Assembly: GCA_951406725.2 (NCBI GenBank)
Contig: OX597817.1
Coordinates: forward strand, 163,184,001 to 163,248,000
Source of the DNA: Octopus vulgaris
Lineage: Eukaryota
Direction of reading: 5' to 3'
DNA: 64,000 nucleotides
Shown: one piece after another, positions 55,699 to 64,000 of the stretch
Position numbering within the stretch: position 1 is the first letter of the stretch
Layout: each line of letters begins with the position of its first letter
Translations under genes and position numbers: made by a program
The notes under the pieces: generated by a model
Told to the model about the DNA's origin: nothing
Seen by the model: the letters and a program-made list of their open reading frames with translations, nothing else
Databases searched by the model: none

Positions 55699-56937
55699 CC
55701 TTTATACTATAGGCACAAGGCCTGAAATTTATTTCTGACTAGGTAAAAAAAAAACCATGTTGAGGCTCTCTCGTTAGCTCATATATAATTTCATTATTAA
55801 AGGTAGTGGTGATAGCTAAGATATACAACGCTGAGCTATATTGTCTTATAGTATTTAGCTTTAGACTTCTATACACTCTTTACCAAACACCGATTTACTT
55901 TTCCTATCTCCCTTATGCTCAATACAAACAATATTATTCTGAGACCAATTTACTCGACTGTACCTATTGTCTAATACTGAGTTACTGTAAGAAATTGCTG
56001 TATATGTACAGCATAAGGGACACCTTTTTTTTACGAAGAAATACATCTAAGTTTACCTAATGTGAGTCAAACACGTTTTTCCCACGGGTCACATAGTGCT
56101 TAACAGCATTATCTTCAGCAGCGATAAAATATGGAAGAATATAAATTTTCTGAGATGAACTTATTATTTTTATTAATATTTATACCTGCCTAAAATGAAC
56201 GTTTCATTGTAGTATTGGAGATAATCCCTGTTTCTATGACTTAAGCAGTATTGAGGCAGATAAATGTTTTCTTCAATACTTCGTTCTGTCCCCAATCTTT
56301 AAAAAGGAGATAGAAAATTTATTTTCTAATCTGTTCTATGTCTTCCTATTGTTCTTTTCCCCCCATCTTCCGCAGAGAACAATATCCCGTTATTCAATCC
56401 CCAAATATAAACAGCGGAAGTTCCATTCTGTTGCAGAAATCCCTATCAAACTAGCTCTTCAGCGCCTAAAACAAATACATATGAGAATATAGTAATATAA
56501 TCATGTAATAATATTATTTTAATTCCTCTAGACCGAGCGTGAATGACCTTTTCCGTAAAGCACGCTGCATGAGACAAAGCTCATCATCAAGAGGGCCGCA
56601 ATACTAAAGAATCAAAGGAAATTTTTCTTTAAGCATGCCATTCAGAAAGTCCCGGAGGCTGCATTTTCACCTATATTTTAGAGCTTGTGTCTCTGCTTTT
56701 AATTCAGATATTTCGAGCCTTTGCTCTGTCCTATTCTTTTTCTATTGAGGTTCTCGAGGGTATTGAGCGTGGATGATTTTTCTCTCTATTTTTCTTCTGT
56801 ACATTTTGGAATTCCGTACTGATCTATCTTGCTTTGCTTTTTTTTCTTAACCTTTTCTGTTGTTTGGTCTTATCTAAATCTTTTTCTGCAGTGAAGTTAA
56901 TTTCCAGTTTGTACGTTATTACTTCCTTATATATATA

Positions 56938-57310
56938 CTAGCAGTATCGCCCGGCGTTGCTCAGGTTTGTAAGGGAAATAACTATAAAGCATTTTTAGAG
57001 AGTTATAGCCAAAAAATAGAAAAAAATGATGGTAAATTTTTTTTGAGAGTTAAAACAGGTGGAGTTGCGTCCCCTAGACGGTCTGTGGTTTGGGTTTCTC
57101 ATTCTCGACCCCATGTCGAATTTATCGATTTTTTTCAGAACTGGGGGAACTTTTCAAAATTTTCGCTGCGTTAGTTTTGAATTATGACATTGGGCTATGT
57201 GTGTGTCAAGTTTCATCAGAATCGGATGAAAGCCGTGGTCAGGGTGAGGGTACAAGCAAACAGACACACAGAAACACGCACAGACAAACTGCCGTTTATA
57301 TAGAGAGAGA
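56938..57310 (-). mobile_element. Non-autonomous Helitron
   Basis: Same 3' end as the 48175 copy (ctagcagtatcgcccggcgttgctc on plus), TC 5' end at 57310, different internal sequence. Confidence 0.75.
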
Positions 57311-57419
57311 TAAAAAGGTATATTGGCTTTTTCGTGCTTCTCTATTACTAATTAGTTTTCTTTTGCTTGTTTCGTTTCATGGTTGAAGTGTTTTTTAGTG
57401 TTGGGGCTGCTAATAATTG

Positions 57420-57710
57420 CATATAAAGTGCATCCGTATCCAAGAGTTTAATTTACTATCAGATGTATTTCAGTGATCAATTCAAGTAATTCTAAGTTTT
57501 CATTTCCTCTTTATACTGTCGTCTATAGTTGTTTGGTCCGCTGGTAGCTGCTCTTTTTACTGCCATACACTTCTTTCCGGTCCTCTTTCTACTGAGCTTC
57601 TAATACATTATTGCTCTTCGGGTGAATAACAAGCATGTTCTAGATAGATGCAAAGGCTTTCTACATTGTTGGTAGGCAAGATATCGATCTATACTATTAA
57701 GAATTTCTGG
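57420..57710 (-). pseudogene. Highly decayed R4/Dong-type reverse transcriptase fragment
   Basis: YRSISCLPTM*KAFAS...NNVLEAQ*K..RKEVYGSK/EQL...IT*IDH*NTSDS..NSWI parallels YRPI.CLPT.YK...EQKG.R.G..G.K.QL...WIDYKKAFDSVPHSWI. Confidence 0.6.
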
Positions 57711-58041
57711 AGAATTGATGCTGTTTTCTCCTTCTTTTGATTCTGGTCTATGGTGGTAGTAATCCAAGTTGCTTTCCAGTTGCTTGCATCTATGTAAGTG
57801 AATGCAGCCGGGAAAGGGTACCTCCCTTGCTAGTCAGCTTAATTCTGGATCCGTGGTGTTCCTTGATTGACCTTAGGTGACTGTACCCCTAGTAAGTTGT
57901 CTCATTCCTATCTTTATGTTTTCCACATTTGTTTTTCTTTCACAATCAATTCTGCATAAACCCTTAACGTTTGTATCGTCCTTTCATCTGCTGTCCTTGT
58001 GACAAATAAAAGAAGTCGTCATCATCATCATCATCATCATA

Positions 58042-58077
<36 letters not shown>

Positions 58078-58834
58078 GTTATTATTATGTTGACAATACC
58101 TCATTCATTAGAAACTTTGGTAACACTGACTACACTCTGTGTCCCTAGATATCAGTGATATAGAAACGCTGGTGGCTCTGGTGACACTGTAACACGAGTG
58201 ATGCTGTGACACTCATGACTTGTGACACTGGTGACTTTTCTCACTCAAGCATCTTAAATTGAATATATCTTTCCGAAATGTAATCTGGAGCTGGTTCTGA
58301 AACTAATGATATTGATTTGTGGGAAAAGAGATTATCTTTCGGCGTAAGAGATTAAGAGATTCCATTTCAACAGACAGCAAAATCTTTGAGCTGACTGACG
58401 TTGATCTTTCAAAATTAATACTTATAGTGGTTTCTGAAATCGCTTCCTATTTACGTAAACAAATGCTATCAATCATGAACAAACCCCTCACACATATTCT
58501 ATTACTAACCAATAACTTTATAGGTTTCGCACGAAAGCTGCTTTTTTTTTTTTTTTTTTACAGAGAACAGGTTTTCATACCTAGACTGTGTGGCTGAGCA
58601 AAAAAAAACAAGCATAAAAAATAAAGAAAGAAAGAAAAGAAAAAACTGATTCTAGCTTTGATTAACAAAACGGAAATGGCATTCATAGATATGTTTCGAT
58701 TGCATTTCATGTAAAAGCTCATACGAAATCCAAATTGAATATCTTTATTTATAAAATCATTATCAACGGGGAAGAATTGTAAAAATAGTAACGATGATAA
58801 AATAATATAAATAATGAGAAAACAAAGAGAAATC

Positions 58835-59110
58835 AAATGTCCTCGAATCGAAGTATCAGTTCTAACGGGCGATAAAATATCTCCAAAAAAGAGAAAAAGC
58901 AAAACAAAAAAAATGGAGACGCTATCAGGATATAAAACTAGAAAACAATGGTATTTAGAGTGAGGGAATTGAAAATGGATACAATGCACATAATATTTGC
59001 TTTGGGAAAGACAAAAAAGGTGCAAACAAATTCATAAACAAACACAAAACGTCAGAACATTCGCATGCTTATATAACATAGAGGGAATAACAGTATTGTA
59101 TTATGTACAC
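58835..59110 (+). mobile_element. Old decayed Dong/R4 endonuclease remnant
   Basis: KCPRIEVSVLTGDKISPK and IFALGK...GANKFINK parallel family A; many frameshifts. Confidence 0.45.
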
Positions 59111-59210
59111 ATAGTTTAGAATCGAACTTTCAACATGATAAAAGAAAGAAAGAAACAAAACAAAACAAAATAAAGAACTTCATGTACCTAAACTTGCAAT
59201 AAATTATTGA

Positions 59211-59277
<67 letters not shown>

Positions 59278-59278
<1 letters not shown>

Positions 59279-59516
59279 GTAGGTGCATTAGGCATGATAA
59301 AAAAATATTCAGACAAATACATAACAAAAACACCAGGACTTACAAACACATATAACATACAGAAAATTGCACTACTAGGCACTGCACACATCCTACGCAG
59401 AACACTTTCCATACAATAACCATCAGAGCATCACAACAAATCACAGCACATATCCAAGGCACACAGAGCTGCGCTCGGTAGTGAAGTGAAAGCACGCTAT
59501 AAAAATAAAACTACTG
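59278..59516 (+). mobile_element. Dong/R4 family A 3' fragment in (AAT)n
   Basis: Near-identical to the 3' part of the 55-kb copy. Confidence 0.92.
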
Positions 59517-59535
59517 AATAATAATAATAATAATA

Positions 59536-59857
<322 letters not shown>

Positions 59858-60172
59858 GAATGATAGCAAAAGGGGCTGATTGCTACCTAACTCAGATACC
59901 AGGAAACCCCAAAATGGCAGAAATTCAAAAGATAGTGCTCATGGGAACTGCTCATATCCTACGCAAAATGCTTTCTTTGTAATCTCAAGTTTTAAAACAA
60001 ACATAATTTTCGTATGGTTTTTTAGGCATTCACTAGTACAACACTAAGTACAAAACCAAATATATGGCACCCTAGGCATAACACCAGCATGAACTTCCAA
60101 CTTGTTGTCTCTTGAGGTCTCTGGGTGAGACTTGGAGCCAGCTTGTGCAAATGTAAAGCAAAAGTCAAACAT
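59858..60172 (+). mobile_element. Dong/R4 family D 3' fragment in (AAT)n
   Basis: MIAKGADCYLTQIPGNPKMAEIQKIVLMGTAHILRKMLSL* with a distinct 3' UTR. Confidence 0.85.
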
Positions 60173-60190
60173 ATAATAATAATAATAATA

Positions 60191-60277
<87 letters not shown>

Positions 60278-60279
<2 letters not shown>

Positions 60280-60823
60280 TAACTGCAGAATATGTGGAGA
60301 TGGACAAGAAACAATAAATCATATTATCTCTGGCTGCCCAGTCCTGGCTAGGAAGGAATATATTCACAGACACGACAGAGTTGGGATCTACATACACAGG
60401 AAGCTATGCCAGTAGGCTAGATATGGTTGTCAGAGATCATGAAGAAAAAATGCTTACAAATTGATGTATCAATACCAGCAGATGACAACGTGTCTCTAAA
60501 AGAAATGGAGTAATTTTCAAAATACAAAGACCTGGAAATAGAGGTAACTCGAATGTGGAATCTAAAAACAGAAACAATTCCTATCATAGTAGGCGCATTA
60601 GGTATGATAAAAAAATATTCAGACAAATACATAACAAAAACACCAGGACTTACAAACACATATAACATACAGAAAATTGCACTACTGGGCACTGCACACA
60701 TCCTATGCAAAACACTTTCAGTACAGTAACCATCAGAGCATCACAACAAATCACAGCACATACCCAAGGCGCACAGAGCTGCGCTCGGTAGTGAAGTGAA
60801 AGCACGCTATAAAAATAAAACTA

Positions 60824-60826
<3 letters not shown>
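60278..60826 (+). mobile_element. Dong/R4 family A with CCHC knuckle, internal deletion and premature stop
   Basis: CRICGDGQETINHIISGCPVLARKEYIHRHD; ~125 bp missing after 60411 relative to the 55-kb copy; TAA at 60511. Confidence 0.92.
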
Positions 60827-60908
<82 letters not shown>

Positions 60909-61289
60909 TAAATAATAATGGTAATAATAGTGATAATAAGTATTTCAAGTTATGGCATATGGCCCAGCAAGTTTACGGGAAAGGAATTTTAATAATAAAT
61001 ATATTAGCTAAGTAAAAAAGTCTCTTAAATTAATCACCTTAATTTGAAACTGACTGCAAATAGCTCCTTAAATCAGTATATTTAATTTACAGGATTAGTA
61101 ATCCCATCTTGGAAAATACTGAATGTGTCGGATATCTGAGAATAAAACTTACCTGGCTATAAATAACGTAATATTTCGTGGCATACACTAAATTTGAACT
61201 GCCGCCATTTTTCCAGACATCTTGACAATGTTACGTTTAAATCTGACGGTAAATGAAAAGGTGTGCCGTATTTGTGATTTTATTCGGCA

Positions 61290-61625
61290 ACTGCAGTGAC
61301 TCGATGATCGCCAACTTCTTCTTGAATGTGGTCGGATCCTTCATGTTTAGAGTCAGAAAAAGCTTCAGGCTTCTGACAAAGATGTGATATCCGTAATCAG
61401 GAGAAAGAAACATTCTCAGCGGTTAGATCCTGTTAGGATGGTTGTGTTCGTCCAGCACGTCCAGGGGGTTAACAACAAAAAAATTTAGTGAACCGATGAG
61501 AGGCATGGAGGAACAGTTCAAAGTGGTGGAGTTCACTATGAAATTTATGGAACACGAGGACATTAGATACAAATCCTATTTGAGGAGTGAGTAGTTCATG
61601 TTACAGCAAAACTCGAGAGAACCGT
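61290..61625 (+). pseudogene. Tc1/mariner-superfamily transposase N-terminal remnant
   Basis: Frameshifted DSMIANFFLNVVGSFMFRVRK/LQASDKDVISVIRRKKHSQRLDPVR...HEDIRYKSY resembles mariner/maT-type HTH regions (recalled, not searched). Confidence 0.55.
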
Positions 61626-61674
61626 ATAATTATATGGACCACAACAATCGCATGCCTTTTCAGCTCCTCTGATA

Positions 61675-62129
61675 CTGGTTTCTAATTTTGGCACAAGGTC
61701 AGAAATTTTGAGGGAGGGGGTCTAATCGATTATATCGATCCCACTTTTCAACTGGTACTTATTTTATCCACTGCGAATAGGAGGAAAGACAAAGTCAACC
61801 TCGGCGGAATTTGAATCCAGATCGTAAGGATGGACGAAATATCCGACGAAATACCCGACGTGCTAACGATCCTGTCAGCTTACCGCCTTAACTACTCTGA
61901 TATTAACCACAAATAATCTTTTCTACTCTAGGTACAAGGCCCGAAATGTTTGGGGAAGGGGCTAGTCGATTAGATCGACCACAGTACGCAACTGATACTT
62001 TATTTATCAACCTCGAAAGGATGAAAGGCAAAGTCGACATCAGCGGAATTTGAACGCAGAACGTAAAGACAGGCGAAATACTGCTAAGCATTTTGCCCAG
62101 CGTGTTCACGATTCTGCCAGATCGCCGCC
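61675..62129 (-). mobile_element. Two SINE S2 monomers in tandem
   Basis: 61675-61888 and 61915-62129; each head is flanked by taactactctgat. Confidence 0.8.
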
Positions 62130-62363
62130 TTAACTACTCTGATGTTGGTGGTGATGGTGGTAGCAGTGGCGGAGAGTTGTTGTCCGATGTGCGGTTCTAT
62201 GTAAGGATTCGTGGGAGGCCGCCGATACGGTCGTGGAGGATAGTAGATCCTAGCAGCAGTCATTTTTCGCGATCGCATCGGGAGAATTATTAGTATAAAA
62301 CGTCTCTGTAACTATTGCTGTAGTTTATGTTTTGTAAAAAAGAAACATTTAAATGGGCATCAT

Positions 62364-62412
<49 letters not shown>

Positions 62413-62478
62413 GCATAATTGCTCACACACATACGCACACGTACATATATGTATACATACATACATATATATATATAT

Positions 62479-62480
<2 letters not shown>

Positions 62481-62522
<42 letters not shown>

Positions 62523-62669
62523 GAGAGAGGGAGAGAGAGAGAAAGAGAGAGAGAATTGAGAGGGAGAGAGAGAGAAAGAGAGAGAGAATTGGAGAGAGGG
62601 AGAGAGAGAGAATTGGAGAGAGAGAGAGATAGAGAGAGAGAATTGGAGAGAGGGAGAGAGAGAGAGAGA
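62481..62669. repeat. (GA)n microsatellite with periodic AATTG interruptions
   Basis: gagagaattggagagagg units. Confidence 0.85.
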
Positions 62670-63321
62670 TACAAACACACACACATCATGCTCATATATC
62701 AATATCAATGAGGTTATTTTGACAATAAATAAAATACGTTCGTATATTTTGAAGACATATCATGACTACTGGCTCCTCTCTTTAATAGTTTCTTTGAAAC
62801 ATCTCTTAGAAACGGTTGTAATCATTGGCCAGTAATGGAAGATAAGAAGCAATGTGTGAGCAATAACGGCAACAAATGTAGATAGTAATGGGAAAACTCA
62901 ACAGGAAATATAAAAAGTAGCTCAGGCCCTAAAATCTAAAGGATTGCCGTTTCTATCAATTTGCAACGCCATTAAATAAATGTTTAGTCTAGGCAGAAGC
63001 TGACTTCCATAAATAGGTTGTGATGATGTTGATGAGAGTAGTGATAAGGAGAAGAGGAAATAAAACTGATGATAACAAAATGACAACCTTCAGAGATACT
63101 ATCATAAAATTCTTTGAAAATAGTAAATATTGTGTGATGTTTTGATTTTATTTGATTATATTGGCAGAAATATTCCGTAGAAATGCTCCCAAATTGCAAC
63201 GGACTCAATTTACAGAAAGCATTATTAAATAGAGAATTCAAAGTAGATAATAATAAACTCATTCAGGTTTGGTGGAAAGCCATAAATGGACTAAATTCGT
63301 AACAGTAATACATTTAACGAA

Positions 63322-63918
63322 GGCGGTGAGCTGGCAGAAACGTTAGCACGCCGGACAAAATGCTTTGCGGTATTTCGTCTGCCGCTACGTTCTGAGTTCA
63401 AATTCCGCCGAGGTCGATTTTGCCTTTCATCCTTTCGGGGTCGGTAAATTAAGTACCAGTTAGGCACTGGGGTTGATGTAATCGACTTAATCCGTTTGTC
63501 TGTCCTTGTTTGTCCTCTCTGTGTTTAGCCCCTTGTGGGTAGTAAAGAAATAGGTATTTCGTCAGCCGCTACGTTCTGAGTTCAAACTCCGCCGAGGTCG
63601 ATTTTGCCTTTCATCCTTTCGGGGTCGGTAAATTAAGTACCAGTTACGCACTGAGGTTGATATAATCGACTTCATCCGTTTGCCTGTGCTTGTTTGTCTG
63701 CTCTGTGTTTAACGAACTTGTGGGTAGTAAAGATTGGTATTTCTTCTGTCTTTACGTTCTGAGTTCAAATTCCGCCGAAGTCAACTTTGCCTTACATCCT
63801 TTGCGGGGCAGGGGGTTAATAGATTAAGTACCAGTTGTGTACTGTGGTCGATCTAATCGACTGCCATCCCCCACCAAAAAAAAAGCGACTTCGGGCCTTG
63901 TGCATAGAGTAGAGAAGT
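63322..63918 (+). mobile_element. SINE S2 trimer
   Basis: Head, three cores, 3' end ttgtgcatagagtagagaag. Confidence 0.85.
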
Positions 63919-64000
63919 ATTGTGTTTAACGACTCTCGTTCTTAGTTCAAATCTCGTCGGTGTCAGGTTTGCCTTTTATCATTCTAAAGGTGATAGACTA

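Overview
AT-rich, repeat-saturated animal DNA (intergenic or intronic) with no host protein-coding gene that I can support. Nearly all ORFs in the track are translations of microsatellites, (TA)n, (TG)n, (AAT)n, (TACA)n, (GA)n, or of SINE bodies. The repeat landscape suggests an octopus/cephalopod genome; this is an inference from recalled repeat families, not a search. Contents: (i) four tRNA-headed SINE families in dozens of copies; (ii) 5'-truncated R4/Dong-type non-LTR retrotransposons (CCHC knuckle, RHD, PD-D restriction-like endonuclease) from at least four distinct families, all in (AAT)n, including a head-to-tail stack at 58.8-60.9 kb; (iii) short (TA)n-embedded elements carrying type I hammerhead ribozyme motifs and terminal fold-backs, as in Penelope-like pseudo-LTRs, the largest being a 713-bp near-perfect palindrome at 654-1366; (iv) non-autonomous Helitrons, a Tc1/mariner MITE, and decayed Tigger, mariner, CR1-like and HERO-like remnants; (v) two old local duplications. 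The most interesting signal is an apparent partitioning of microsatellite niches: hammerhead/fold-back elements in (TA)n and Dong/R4 in (AAT)n, with SINEs apparently supplying both kinds of landing pad. Boundaries of decayed repeats are approximate.
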